Part shown: positions 13,977 through 28,311 of the stretch, in pieces | Numbering within the stretch: the first letter of the stretch is position 1 | Layout: each line of letters opens with the position of its first letter | From: Octopus sinensis | Taxonomy: Eukaryota | Length of the DNA stretch: 64,000 bases | Direction of reading: 5' to 3' | Assembly: GCF_006345805.1 (NCBI RefSeq) | Contig: NC_042998.1 | Coordinates: forward strand, 161,014,001 to 161,078,000 | Translations under genes and position numbers: made by a program | The notes under the pieces: generated by a model | What the model saw: only the letters and a program-made list of their open reading frames with translations | The model's database searches: none | What the model was told of the DNA's origin: nothing

Positions 13977-15544
13977 ATTTTCCTTACACTAAGATGCAAT
14001 TTATATCAGATGAAAATTATTGTTAAATAATATATGCAAACCTGGGGAACAGAAATAAAAGAAAAATATTCTTGGCAATAAAGAGTGTAACAAAAAAGAA
14101 AATCTATTTCCAAAATGAAACACATGGTATCATTTACTCGCTTGGCTCATGTCACATTTTACCTTGAAGTGCTTTGAATAGGGGAAAGGTAAACACTAAT
14201 CATTCGAAGAAAACATGATTAAGCTTATGAAACTATAAAATAATTTTAAAAAGAAAGCAATAAAAAAAATCACACCATAGCATGTGATATTCTATTAGAG
14301 AAAAATGAGAAATGTCTCACAAATTTGGTGTTATCCATAAATAAAATTAATGTCTTTTTTCTTTTTTTTCTTTAAAATAAACATCTGAGAAAGAAACTTT
14401 TTACAAGGCATAAAAAGCCAAAAAGAATTAAATAAATAAAGTTAAAATAAAACAAGTAATGCCATATGAATAATGATGACAAATAACTTTGCTATGTTCA
14501 CTCTACCCATAAACCTCTAGTACTGATTATATAAGATATAAAACAGATATTGGTTTTAGAATATTCTAGATTGATGCTAACCATATAAAATCAGTAAAAT
14601 TTTCTTTTCCTTGCCTCCAACTCTTGCCTTGCCATATAGCTTTCACATCAGCAAACAAGTCTGCACATATACACAAGTGATTTATAATTGCAAGAAAATA
14701 TTGTTAGTATTCTTTTCTGAAGAATGCATTGGCATCTGGTTGAAATGTCTGTTGGGAACTGTCCAAGTAACAAACAGCTCAAGAAAAATAACAAAAATGA
14801 AGCAAAAAAGAACAGGTACAAAAATATATGAGAGAAAAAAAAACAAATTGCCCAATATAGATCAAGAGAAGGAGACAAATTTGTCATTGGGTTCAATCTG
14901 ATAGTGTGTATTGATAGGTGATTCTTCATGGTTGGCAGGCAGTTAGGTGGACCAGGTGAAGGAGATAACTTCTTTAGACAGCACAATTGGTGCCCAAAGT
15001 TGATAAGAACTGATGTGGTCCTGAATTTCAAATGAGCTACCTGATTTATAGAGATCATATGCCACAGTTAAATGAGTTATTGTAGTATTGCTAACAGTTA
15101 ACAATGAGAAAATCTTAGGCTAAAAATACAAGTAACTTTGGAGGAGGGGAAAAAAAACAATCAAACTCATCTTTTTTTACACCTCTCTTTCAACTCAACA
15201 ATATATTAGTGGAGGAACAGTTTTTTCTTTCTTCCCGACACCTAGCCAAAGGATAGCCAGCAGTATCCAGAGCAGGATAAATAACTTAAATTGTCTTTTT
15301 TGAAAGCTATGAACTTAATCTGTAATGAATACAGAACAAAATAAAAATATATCTAAAAAGCACTAAATGTAAAGTTTTTTATTAAACTGAACCCCTATTT
15401 CATAAAAAAATTATTTTTCAGAGCTTAGCATTTAATTAAAAGATAAAAAAACTATAAGATTTAATTAATTAGAAAATATAATAATTTGGATTCACAGTAG
15501 TATAAAGTTTCAGGTAAATATAAAGTTGAAGTCTAAACACTTTT

Positions 15545-15725
15545 GAGGCAGTTATAATTGATTAAATTGACCCAAGTACTTGACTAATATTTATTTTATT
15601 ATCTTTGGGAAGATGAAAAGTGAAATTAATACTGGTGGGAATTGAACACAGACCTTAAAAGTGACACAATTAAATGTCACAAGTTATTTTATCCAGCATT
15701 CAACCACTTGGGCCATCCACTTCAT
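15545..15725 (-). mobile_element. decayed SINE (type 2)
   Basis: Degenerate match (gattaaattgacccaagtacttgactaatatttatttt...gaagatgaaaagtgaaatt...ggtgggaattgaacacag) to the copies at 43508, 55502 and 60084. Confidence 0.5.
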
Positions 15726-16899
15726 ATTTGGGAAAGAGAATGGGGGATTAAATCATCTTTTAAAATACAATGGATATTTATTTGTTTACCAGTGGGATCT
15801 GAACTTGGAATTTAGAGAGGCATGATTAAATACCACAAAATATTTTATCAGGTACATTCTGCACCTAAAGCCATAGTAATACTATCAATAATATCTGCAA
15901 TGCTTACATTAAACAAAGAAGTAAGAAAGAATAGAGTATGTTAAATAACACACTATACAATGTGTGTATATATAATTACAGCTAGTAGACTCTTGGAAAC
16001 TCATCACCAGCACTGAAATGCTTCTAGAACTAAGGTACTTAACTCAGTATACTCCAGTTCACCAAATTAGATAAAATCGATAAGTTAATATTTTGTTAGT
16101 TTGTTGGGCTAAGTAACCCCTTCTTTGTTTGGTTGTAGCTTGGAAAAGGAAATATGTTTCTAAAATGGCTTGGTCTCATAAAGGCAAAGTTTCTGGTTGT
16201 ACCATTGTAATCCTATATCTATCTGTGTGTGTGTGTGTGTATGTATGTACATATAACTATAGAGGTTTTTGTAAGTGTATAAGATTTTGAACATATGTAC
16301 ATCAATGTAAAGAGAAATAAAAGATATACTCTACTAAGCCACTTAAAACACTAAAAACTTCTATCATGCAATGTCGCAGGCATACATTCACTTTCAGCCT
16401 AATGACAAGAACTGGAGCATTACCACACAAACCCATATAATACCAACAGTACTCTTCTTCCTCTTGTAAAATTTACTTATAATCAGGTCTTCCTTTTGCA
16501 CTTCCACCTTCATTTTTAAATAGTAATCTAAGTTGGTCATAAGACTCTTGTTGGAGAGAAGGTCGACTCTTTTCCTAAGATTTGTTTTTTGCTGTCAAAT
16601 TCAAAGGAAAATCTACTTGAGATCAATATATTCATAATACAAAAAGAAGCCACCTTGCAGAAATAAGCATAAGATATGTAACAAATTTGATGCGTGGTTT
16701 AAGTAAATGTTACATGATAATCTATGAACTAAATTAAACATCTTGCACCTATTGAAGGCCAGTCACAATAAATCTATCACAACTTTTTCAGAGCTTACCA
16801 TACAGATATCTGTTACTTGGACCCAACGAATAGATTTTTTATTCCTTATACTTTGACAGTACAATTTTCATTCTTAGTGTCAAATTAGCAGCCCATAAG

Positions 16900-17475
16900 T
16901 AATGGTTGGAACTTGTCGTCAAACATGCGTATTTTGAACACAAGGTGATGCTCTGTGTCTGGTGGAATTATGAGGAGATAGTTCACAACGATTTTATTCC
17001 AGACAGTCAAACCATTGATGCCAACCTGTACTCCAAACAGTTGGAGCAGATGTATGCCATTGTATGGCAAAAATATCAACAGAAAGTGAGCTCTTTTGCA
17101 AGACAATGCAAGACATCATATTGTTCAAATGACCTAGAATAAACTCCAAGAACTTAAGAGAATCAAACTGATGTCACACCCAGCATATAGTCCGGACCTG
17201 GTGCCCTTGGATTATAACTTGTTCAGATCCATGGCTCACTTCCTGTGCTTGTGACACTTCATCAACTAAGAGGAGGGGGAAAGCTTCAGTGAAGGTGTTT
17301 TTTATTTTAAAGAACAAGAGCTGGTATCAGTGTGGGATCAAATAATTGGCAGAAAGGTGGTTTCAGACAGTGCAACATGATGGCTTCTGCTTGGAATGCT
17401 AGGCTGTTGTCATAACTTGATCAATGAAGCAAATAAGTTACTAAAATATTGCAAAACTTTTGACTCAACACAATA
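16900..17475 (+). mobile_element. mariner (Tc1/mariner) transposon, 5'-truncated, transposase pseudogene
   Basis: Translates to KVMLCVWW...TIDANLYSKQL, LLQDNARHH (D at 17102) and HPAYSPDLVPLDYNLFRSMAHFL, with an in-frame stop and a frameshift. It ends in a TIR-like caaaacttttgactcaacacaata with terminal TA. No left TIR was seen. Confidence 0.9.
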
Positions 17476-20400
17476 CTAAGATTTTATGATGATGGTGGGT
17501 TGCTAAGAAGTTAGAATTTTCTTCATTCAGTTTTGTAATGATCAGGGTAAGATATGCGTTAGCAGTGAGGTTAAGTATCTACCGATAATATAAAACCTGT
17601 TTGAATACTACCCTGAATCTGACAATGTATTATGTATAAAAATAACAACTGAAATTATTGTAAAAAAAAAAATAACATATATCACAGAAAATAATAGTAT
17701 TTTGAACTATCTAATAAGTGTGGTATCATTTAAAATTTTTTGAAATTTCATAAAAGGAAAATAATTATTTGTCAAGTTATGAGAAAATTATTATTTTAAT
17801 AAAAAAAACAAAACAAATGTGTGTGAGTGTGTGTATTGATTATGATTTGATTTTGAAGCTAATCTAAATTATAAGAAAATTATAAAAGTAAATAGCTGTT
17901 TCATAAGCTATAAAAACTATATCAATAAATGTCTTGGCAGACTATCTTCTAGGTCATGTTGGCTAACAAGAAAAGTTGAATTGAGATTTTTAAGAATAAA
18001 CATGGAAATGAGGTATAAGGAGAAGAATAAATAAATAAATTTTAACAATAATTATAAATTTAGAAAAAAGAAATTGCTAATTTTGAATTAGGGTTAATTT
18101 ACTTATAATTTGCTAAACATTTTTTTACTGCTTGTCTTGCTTGCTTTTATAATTAAAATACTAATTTTGATTTCAATCAACAAAAGATAATTGCAAGTAA
18201 TTATTTTATGTTAATATTTATTATATTTATGTAAAAGCGTTATGTAATAATAAATAAAATAGAAATGCTGTAAGACAAGAAAAACACAGGAAAGAGAATC
18301 AGGAAAACAATGTAGTATTCCATGAGCATTTATTTGATGATAAACATAATTACAGTGCGTGTGCACTTCAAACAGTAATTTTGCTGGCTGTAGCTATAAA
18401 AGCACTATCATACTATCAAAAAGTACCAGATATCTTGGTACATTCTGTAACTTGAAATGGGAAATACTAAATGCCACTTATTACATTCAAAGCATTTGAA
18501 ACTAAAATTGTCATTGAGAAATGGACATAAATTCCAAAAGGAATTGCCAGGATAAGGAATGCATTTTAAAGTGAAATGCTCTTAGAAGATTTTACAGTCA
18601 ATCCAATTCTAACACTCAATTTGTTGCTGTTGTGAATGACAAAAGCAGAACATTCTGTCCAAAATCAATAGTATGATCTATTTCTTGTTACACTGGCAAT
18701 TGTATCCTATTGGTATTAACAGCAAGCGTTTATGAATGATGAAATTAATTTTGAGAGCAAGTATTCCTACAGTAGACTTAAAAGACAAAAATAAACCCTC
18801 AGGGTATCTATGTACACAGGTGGCTAGTATCATGGAACCTTCTGAGACTGAGTGATGGTTTAGTGTGGACATTGGACATGACAAGCAGAAGGCTGTAAGC
18901 AATTTACATCAATCATTGATCACAGAAGTCTGGTGCGAAACCAAAAGAAAAGTAAAAAGCCACACCCAATGAATGCCTGTAATGTAGCATGTTGAGATAA
19001 AGGAAGTGAAGAGAAAAAAGTATCATGAAGCAAAGAGGAAATTCCTCCACTTGAAAGAAGGAAAGTTTAAAAAATCATTGTTCTTGGTTTAGTTAAATAA
19101 TTTGCATAATAAAAGTTTATAATTCAACAGATATGGATAAATATTTAAACAAATCCTTATATTTAAGAGCACAGATGTGTGGATATATACACATTTGTAC
19201 AAAGACACGCACATACATATAGTATACAAGGCGAACTAATAGAGTTGTGAAAATGATGGAATAATTGTTTTGCAGTATTTGTGCTGGTTCTCTAAACCCT
19301 GAGTTTATATCCATACAAATCCAAATTTATTAACCTCTGAAAAACAAATAAAGAACTAGCCCAGGGCAGGCACAGGTAGAATAACTAAAATGTCAAACAA
19401 GATGTCTTGTGGTATATGTAAGTATGCATGTGTGTGTGTATATATATACTTATATATATATATATATATACACACACACATGTGTACAGAGTATAATTTT
19501 TGTTATTAATGTATACATAAATGACTCACATATACATACATACCACCAAACATATATATATATACATGTATATATATATGAAAAGAGAGAGAGAGAGAAG
19601 AAAAGAGGAGAGAGAGATGGTGGTAAGAGGCAGTAGAAATAGTTTTATATTATTGCTGGCACTGTAATACAGGTGTATCTTCTCTGAGGATTGAATTTAG
19701 GAATAAGTTTTAATTTCCGTTGCTAATGCTCTTGTTAAAGTCATAGACATCATAATTTGTTACTTCCCCATCCCAACCTAAATCGTTATATCTACATAAA
19801 GCGATATATGAATGTGAATGTGTATGTGTGTATGTTTGTCTGTGTGCATGAAGGGGAAAAAAATGTAGGCGTGAAGGAAGTGTGCCATGGAGACAGAGGC
19901 AAATATGTATGTCTCTCCCAGTGACTATCAAAACAAAACATATTTCAGCATGAAATAACTGTGTGTATAAATTTTCTCCATGTGATTATGATTTTAAAAC
20001 AATAGTCTGAGAATATAATAATTAATCTTCTAATACTTCAATCAATCCTTAAATGTTGCAGAAGTTCATTAACTAAATGCAATAATCTAGTCTAAAAGAA
20101 ATAAAACACTATTATAAAAATTACAAAGATCTGATTATTATTATTGTTGTTGTTAATAATAATAATAATAATAATAACAACAACAATAATAGTAATAATA
20201 TAAAACACATACATACACACATGCACACATGCCATGCAGAGTACAAGTTAAATGCAATTAATTTTAGCTTTGGAGTATTCCACGAAGGCAATAGTAGAAT
20301 GGAGATGGAATGAGAAAGCATAACAGACATCATATCAGGAAAGGGCTTACAACTGTCATCAGCTAGCTCATTCCCTAATTTGGACAACAAGCTAAAATAT

Positions 20401-20911
20401 GATGAGAATGTATGAAGTATGATATCTGGCAACTTACCATATAAAAATGAAGGGTGGGGTTAACTGAAAGAAATTAAAATTTCTTTGTGCTGCTGTCCAC
20501 AGCGTCCTAGGCTGAGTATGATAAAACACAAATCTAATCATTACATAAGCAAAGTAATATCAACACATACACAGCGTATGTATGTAGAAGTCATATCTGT
20601 GCATATACACAAAAACATATTCATTCACCAAACAGTTTTACATGGATAAGCATAATAATTCACAAATATATGCATATGAACTGCATACACACATGTATAC
20701 ACACATAAGCATGTGTGTGTGCATAAGCATGTGTGTGTGCCCTCAAATATGTCTATATATATGTTCATATATATATAAACACAGACATACATATAGATGC
20801 ATATATATATACTCATGCACATATGTATACACACACACATATATGCATATATAAGTGCTTGTGAGTGTGTGTGTGTAAGTTAGTAAATGTACATGTTTAT
20901 ATAATACATGC

Positions 20912-21308
20912 ATTCTTTTATTCTTTTATTTGTTTCAGTCATTTGACTGCGGCCATGCTAGAGCACCACCTTTCTAGTTGAACAAGTTGGCCCCAAGACT
21001 TACTCTTTGTAAGCCCAGTACTTATTCTGTCGATCGCTTTTGCTGAACCACTAAGTTACAGGGATGTATAAACACACAAACACTGGTTGTCAAGCGATGC
21101 TGGGGTGATAAACACAGACACACAAATATATACACGCTCACACACATATACGACGGGCTTCTTTCAGTTTCCGTCTACCAAATCCACTCACAAGACTTTG
21201 GTTAGCCCGAGGCTATAGTAGAAGACATTTGACCAAGGTGCCATGCAGTAGGACTGAACCTGGAACCATGTGGCTGGTAAGCAAGTTACTTACCACACAG
21301 CTACTCCT
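20912..21308 (-). mobile_element. tRNA-derived SINE (type 1), near full length
   Basis: Reverse-complement homolog of 13311-13674, with A/B boxes at 21255-21305 and an attcttttattctttt tail. Confidence 0.9.
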
Positions 21309-21917
21309 ATATATATATCTATACATACACACACACACTAAATGTATACACACACTTACACATACACACATATGTACAAACACAAACATATATACATATA
21401 TTCAGTGACGGTGATGTTGAGTAGGATGGCATTTCTTATTGTAAAACAATATGAGTGATTCAACAAACAACAAAATATGAAGCCTAGTGAATCCAGACAG
21501 GCTTTTAACAATGATGAAAGTACACTATAAAAGTCCACTGAGTAGAAGACACCAGTTGAGTATATTTAATCTTTAGTGGGTGGTGTGTACTGAACTCCCT
21601 ACACAAACAAATTATGTATAACAGAATGAAGTTATGTTAATCTCTTACTGATATATTACGTACAGGGACAAGACATGTTCAGCAACTACAGAAGTACTAT
21701 TTTAAAACTAATCTCCTCTAAGTCTGCTATCAGCCAAATCAAAGGAATGGTGCTTGATATTTCGAGTTGGGAGTGTTCATTGTATCATAGATGAGTTACT
21801 CAGCATTTATTCTAGTCTACTTGCTTTTTCTATTATTTCATACATAAACACTCGTATGTTTTATATTTTTATATATAAATGTATGCTTATAAACGGACAG
21901 TCATTGGAACTGTACTT

Positions 21918-21950
<33 letters not shown>

Positions 21951-21952
<2 letters not shown>

Positions 21953-22755
21953 CATCATCATCATTTAACGTCCGTTTTCCATGCTAGCATGGGTTGAATG
22001 GTTCGATTGAGGTCTGGGAAACCAGGAGACTGCACCAGGCTATAGTCTGATCTGGCAGTGTTTCTATAGCTGGATGCCCTTCCTAATGCCAACCACTCTG
22101 TGAGTGTAGTGAGTGCTTTTTACGTGCCACTGGCATGGAAGCCAGTTAAGGCGCCACTGGCATTGGCCACATTCAGATGGTGCTTTTTACATGCCACCAG
22201 CATGGGTATCACAACTACAATTTCCATTTGATTTTCATTTTTATGCTGATGTACTTTACTCAATAGGTCTCCTCAAGTACAGTAGGTCACACTATGATCC
22301 ACGGTACTATTGAATGGGCTGGGGCTGGTTATGCAAAAGCCGTGAACTCACTTTATTTGCCAGGTCTTCGCAGTCACAGAGGTTTCGATCTTTCAGTATT
22401 GCCTCTGTGAGGCCCAACGTTTGAAGGTAATGCTTCACTACCTCATCCCATGTCTTCCTGGGTCTACCTCTACCCTGGATTCCTTCAACTGTTTCGGAGT
22501 GCACTTCACACAGCTCTCCTCATCCATCTGTAAAACATGACTATACCAGCGCAAACGTCTCTCTTGCATGCCACATCCGATGCTTCTTATGTCCAACATT
22601 TCTCTCAGGGCGCTTACACTCTGTCGTGTGTGCACACTGACATTACACATCTAGCGGATCATGCTAGCTTCATTTCTTTCGAGCCTACGCATGTCCTCTG
22701 CAGTCACAGCCCATGTTTCACTGCCATGAAGCATGGCTGTTCGCACACATGCATT
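21951..22755 (-). mobile_element. RTE-clade LINE 3' end (ORF C-terminus, 3' UTR, (ATG)n tail), pseudogenised
   Basis: Translates across stops and frameshifts to ACVRTAMLHGSETWAVTAEDMRRLERNEASMIR*MCNV...RRLRWYSHVLQMDE...GRGRPRKTWDEVV, the typical RTE C-terminus. It ends in gatgatgatgat abutting (TA)15. Confidence 0.9.
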
Positions 22756-22938
22756 GGAAGAAAGAGTGAGAGAAAGTTGTGGTGAAAGAGTACAGCAGGG
22801 TTTTCCACCATCCCCTGCCGGAGCCTCGTGGAGCTTTAGGTGTTTTTTCTCAATAAACACTGACAACGCTCAGTCTGGGAATCGAAACCGTGATCCTATG
22901 ACCATGAGTCAGCTGCCCTAATCACTGGACTATTGTGC

Positions 22939-22940
<2 letters not shown>
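22756..22940 (-). mobile_element. tRNA-derived SINE 5' part (type 4), joined directly to the RTE fragment
   Basis: The minus strand reads ggcacaatagtccagtgattagggc (A box) ... ggtttcgattccc (B box) ... ctcactctttcttcc, then switches abruptly to RTE coding sequence aatgcatgtgtgcgaacagcc. Confidence 0.8.
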
Positions 22941-22984
<44 letters not shown>

Positions 22985-23059
22985 GCAGACACATGTACAC
23001 AAGATTCAATGCATGATACATATATACATGACAATATATTGCTTTACTTTTGAAAGTCT

Positions 23060-23700
23060 TTCTTTCGAATTATGAATATGGTACAAATCCATTTTGATGG
23101 ACTCAAATCCTAACATGCAGTGATGGCAGTTACAAACAGCTCCTATGTGGACCATCACTTTCTCACTGAACTATATATTTGGTCCTGATTTACTTTTAGC
23201 TTCCTCATTCATTACTTGAAGAAGTTTGAAGCTATTTATTCCACATTATGATTCCTCACGACTCAACAGATTACAGTGAAGAAGAGCACTCTATTAAAGA
23301 CTTACTGTAATTTGACAAATGCGATATAAAGTTGTTTGTCCTTTACAAAGTACTTCTGCAAGTAATTTATCCTCCAGAAATACAGCATATATGATTTCCT
23401 AGCATAACATAAACTCAAATTACATCTTACCCAACTCTAATATCTCCACGTCTTTAATTGCTTTACTCACTGTCTCCTGTTGGCTCCACAGGGACGAGAC
23501 ATTCCCTCTTCTATTTATAATGTTCCTCAGCAATTTCTCATAATGACAAATCCATTGGTTTTGTTGTTCAGCATACTTTCATCAAACTGGTAATGCTTTC
23601 CTTCAATGACATCATATTTTGCCCTGAGACACTCTCCCACATGCTGCTCATCCTAATATATAAAACTTTTCACTCACTACTTCTCTTCTTGTTAGGAACA
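23060..23700 (-). mobile_element. old RTE reverse-transcriptase remnant
   Basis: The minus-strand peptide LQKYFVKDKQLYIAFVKLQ*VFNRV (~23280-23365) resembles the RTE RT motif LQEKY....K.LY.AFVD.EKAFDRV. It is heavily decayed and the boundaries are approximate. Confidence 0.5.
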
Positions 23701-26700
23701 CAGTTGACACCTTTCTTTTTGTGTAACCTAAAAATATAGTTCCTTGAACTCATTTTTTAAAAACTATTTCTCTAAAGCTTGTATATTTCTTGTATTCAAT
23801 AGTATTCCAAGTTTACTTCAATAATAAAACTTGCAATGTGTCAAGTATACCTCAGTGTGTCTACCATTATATTTCTATCTACTTCTCAGAATAAAGGTAA
23901 CATCACTCAGTTTCCAAACACATGATCTGATGTAGTCGTTTCAGCCTTACCTAGTTTGTCTACACTCTAATTGTTTTTTTTTGATAGGATTAAAGTTTAT
24001 GTTGCTTGTTCACAACTATATTCAAAAGAATACAAGGAAAATTTGTTCCTTCATATTTAGAGAGCCACATGCATATCAGTGTATCTGTTATGTTTCTCCT
24101 TGCCATTCCCCTTTGTAGTTTTCTGGTTTCATATAATACATCCACCAACTTACATGGATACACACATTTAGTAAGATAGACATAGATAGATAGATAGATA
24201 GGTAGAGAGCATAGCTTTGTAAAAGGCAACAGATAAAAAGACCATCCAGAGTGGAATCTCTAAAGTGGTTGGATTGACTAATCATCATCTAGTTCTTGTA
24301 ACCATTTTTACATCAACCATCATATATAGTAAATACTATACGCCTCGAGTGGACAGTCAAAACTATTTTTATCTAATATGTTGGTGACTCCAGTGTTGTG
24401 ATCCCTACATTTCTAATTATCATATCAGTCTGAAAGCTAGTTCTACTCACTGAATTTGTAGGTAAAAAAATGGTTACTGCAATAAAGAATAATATTCTTT
24501 GAAAGAATCAATAGAAAAAATTTATACACAGTAATGAAATAACAGTGATAAGTTTACAATGACAAACAAGCTATATATTTGTCTCACTAAGAGAATACAT
24601 TACATTTGACACTTAGCAAATGGCTGAGTTAGTTAATTTCAATGTTTCTTTATTTGCTACATTTTTTTCTGACTTCGTGGTAATTAAGAAAACAGTAACA
24701 AAGTATAAAAAAAAATGCTTGTATCATCACCTTAAAATGCCATCTCATCTATTAGTAGTTTATTCTAACAGTTGTCATGACCAGAGCACGCTGTATGTAT
24801 AACAAATTAAAAAACAATAACAGCAATAAACTTATCGACAACAACAACAACAATAATAATATTGACATTGTCCCTTTTCTTGTTTTAATAAACCAAACAA
24901 GTATCTAAATTCAACTAATCTTGTCTATAGATATGTCCTGCAGATAAATCTTATGACAAATTTAGAGTGGATTTATTATGCCTCTGTAGATTAAGTAAAT
25001 AAGGTATTATTGGCAATTATAAATAGATTCCACTGGAATACTGACTGAACTGACTCTCAAAATGTAGCTCTCTGAAAATAACTAGAGTACAATCATTTTT
25101 CAAGTATTTTGCATTGATAAAATTGAAAGAAGAGGATTAGCAGAAAAACTGGATAATTAGTTAAAACATTCTTGGGCTAGTTGAATAACAGAATCTATTT
25201 AAGTGCAAATGAGCTTCTCTATTACTTTTTGCCTAAGTTGTTGTCATACAGAAATACTGATGAGATTTAATCCCCTATGTAGAACAACAGATAATCTCTT
25301 AAATAATCTTCATCATGCTAAGTAGATTCACCTATACTGTAAAAATACTGATACAGGATTATCATAAAAAAATCAGTTATTAAAGATTTAATTGTGGAGC
25401 TTCTACAATATATGAGAAATAATCTAATATTAGTTCAATGACTAAATCTCTTTTTCATTACATGAATATAACATAACATCCAATACATGCAGAAATTCTT
25501 CGATCTGTCTTTCTTTAATTAATTTCAATCATGCAAAAATAAATTAAGTGAAATACATATTTTTCCAAATAGTTGTCTACTTTTCAGCAAGAGAGAAGAG
25601 AATGTATTTCAGTAAACTTATACTCAAAAGATCTATTTGAAAATATAACTAAAAAAAAAAAAAAGATTATAATATCATTTATAACAATTGGATCGCCTTC
25701 TCTTTCTTTTTTACTGGTTTTTAATATATTAATTTAAATTTTGTGATGCTGAAAATTATGATTATCTTGAAAACATATTTCAGTTGAAAGGGTATTTTAA
25801 CTGATTGTTTAGGCTGAAACAGTTAAGATAACATTAATAAAATCAAGAGAATCTGAACGTAGAGCACTAAAGACTCCGTGCAAAACTCTTTAAAACAAAT
25901 TCTAAGTTTGGATATTTAGAAATATAGCAATCATTTTGAATTATTAGTTCTAATTTGAACATCTTGATATTCTGGACAAGATCAGAGTGAACTTTGTAGT
26001 CATTAGAAGAATGAGTAGAGGGAAGTTGTTGAAAATGTTGTGGTTATGAGTTGATAAGATGGTGACAGAATTAATATTATTTTCAAGCATAGATGAATAT
26101 TTATGCATAAAACTTTATAAGCAAACAGAGGCTGGCATGTAAGCAAACAGTAAAAAATTCTCACAAGACTACACTGAGAGTTGTGTTGCAGAATTAAACA
26201 TAACACACTGATATTGCTGAACATACAGCAACAGAGAAATAAAAAATATGATTGCTATGAGAATTGAGAAGAAAATTATGTAAGAAAGTTTATATATGAA
26301 CACTGACCTAAGAACATATTAATGTAAATTCATGAGAGAAGGAATCAGATGATATTAATTGGATTATCAAATATGGTTCCTTGAGGGACACATTAAGAAA
26401 GGTGAAAGTAAATATCTGATAAAATTAATAGCTTTTTAAAACTATGTTTGATATTTATTAAGATTGGTATTTGTCAAATTTGGATGATTGTGCCATTAGA
26501 TGATCATGCTTAGAGAAATTCTAGACCAGCTTTAGAATACAGAGGAAATTGTCAATTTAAACTTCCTGTTTATCAACCTAACCAATCAGTCAGAATTAAT
26601 AAAAATTGAATAAGTTTGTGTGCCATGAGAAGAGGTGAATTCTAATGTTTTGGAAATGTGTTGGATGGCTGTAAATAAAGTTGACGAGGTTTAGAAAAAT

Positions 26701-28200
26701 GAGAGAGAGGAGTCAACCAGTAAGAACAGTAGGCCATAGGAGGTTAATAGCCAAAGCAATGATATGAGAAGTTGATTTCTAAGTGTATACATATAGGCAC
26801 TCACATATGCATGCAAACACAAGTGAGGGAAGAAGATGGAGTGTTAAAAGAAGAAACAAGATAATAACTATGCATTCAATGCATAGACACAACATACAAG
26901 TGCTAACACAAACACACATGTGCACCCACATCCCTTTAACTGTTAAGACTTAATATAGGTAAGCAATTCCTAACACTAGTAGACAAATGTGATAAAATTG
27001 AAAAAGCCTTGGCAAACTTATTTAAACATCACAGCAAATTTCTTCACAAAGTGCTCTCTTTTTGTAAGCTTTCACTTGCTCATAACCTAGTAAATACTCA
27101 ACACTCTCCATACACACAAAGGGCTGCTACCTTCCTTACCATTTAACTGGTTGCTTCTAAACTTCTGTACTGATACTGATATTGATTCATATCTGTTATG
27201 CAAATTCTTATAAATTCAAAACAATGACACACTGCATTATTTAGATAAACCATCATAATTTTTATATATCAATCACATACCACCCAATACACACACAATA
27301 CCAATTGAGAAGAATAGGTATTATTATGGAACAGTAAATATATATGCTGCTTTCACTAGTTGGTTTTGAAGACCAGATCCACTTTGAGATTACTTTGTCA
27401 AAAAAAATTTAATCAATCGATCTTATTGGTAATTTGTTTGCTGTTTTAAACCATAAAACATCCATGAAGAAAATTTTGTCAACTGATTACTTGACTATGT
27501 TACATGTGAAACCCTTCTATATCTGTATATAGCATGTAGAATGTTATGCTGAGTTGGCTGTTACATTGGAGTTTCCCAGTCATGTAGCAAGTTCTTCTAA
27601 CTAGAATAGATTGAAATATCTAGGCTACCCCTGTCGAAGAACTATACTTATCAGGTAGGCCACTAGATCAACCAAAATAAACTATTTCTATCTTCTACAG
27701 TACTGAGCACTAGTTCCATTCATTAAAATCAACACACACACACGTACATGTGCATGCACATACACACACACAAAAAAAAATACAATTAAGGTTTCTAATC
27801 TGGAGGGCACTGTTTCAAAATAAAACTGCTATACTATTTGGGGCAGCAGGGAAAATATTTTAGTATTTGGAAGGATAGCAAGCAATAAAAACTGCATCCA
27901 ACCCATATCAGTAAGGAAACAGGTGATGTTACTGCTGCTGCTAATCAAAATTTTGGAACCCAATGAGATTTCTACAATTACAAACTTATTAATATAAGTA
28001 TACCAAACTGTTAGGGAAACCATTTATAAGATATTTATAACACACACAACCCTGCAAAGAAGAAACTTCAGGAACTACAAATGTATACATATAAACACAA
28101 AGAAATATTAATATAGTGTTTGAAACATACATTAAAACCATAATCTGATAATTGAAAAAAAAAAAATGTCAACATCTTAAAATTTCTTTTTATTTTGTAG

Positions 28201-28311
28201 GTCATATGCAAGTTCTATTTCCTCATAGTAGTTCATCTATTGTTCAGAATGAATTAATCAACAAACAGTTACTTCCAGCTGTTAATGAAATTAATTCTTA
28301 TGAAATTATAA
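28201..28311 (+). CDS. candidate internal exon, product unknown (HMQVLFPHSSSSIVQNELINKQLLPAVNEINSYEII)
   Basis: Strong acceptor tttctttttattttgtag, a 111-nt open frame (phase 1/1) and a moderate donor A|gtgaac. No homology was recognised, so this may be chance. Confidence 0.25.

Noticed and set aside
23306-23398. Minus-strand exon-like segment EIIYAVFLEDKLLAEVLCK... with a gtaagt donor
   Set aside because: Another frame gives RTE RT motifs, so it is a LINE remnant.
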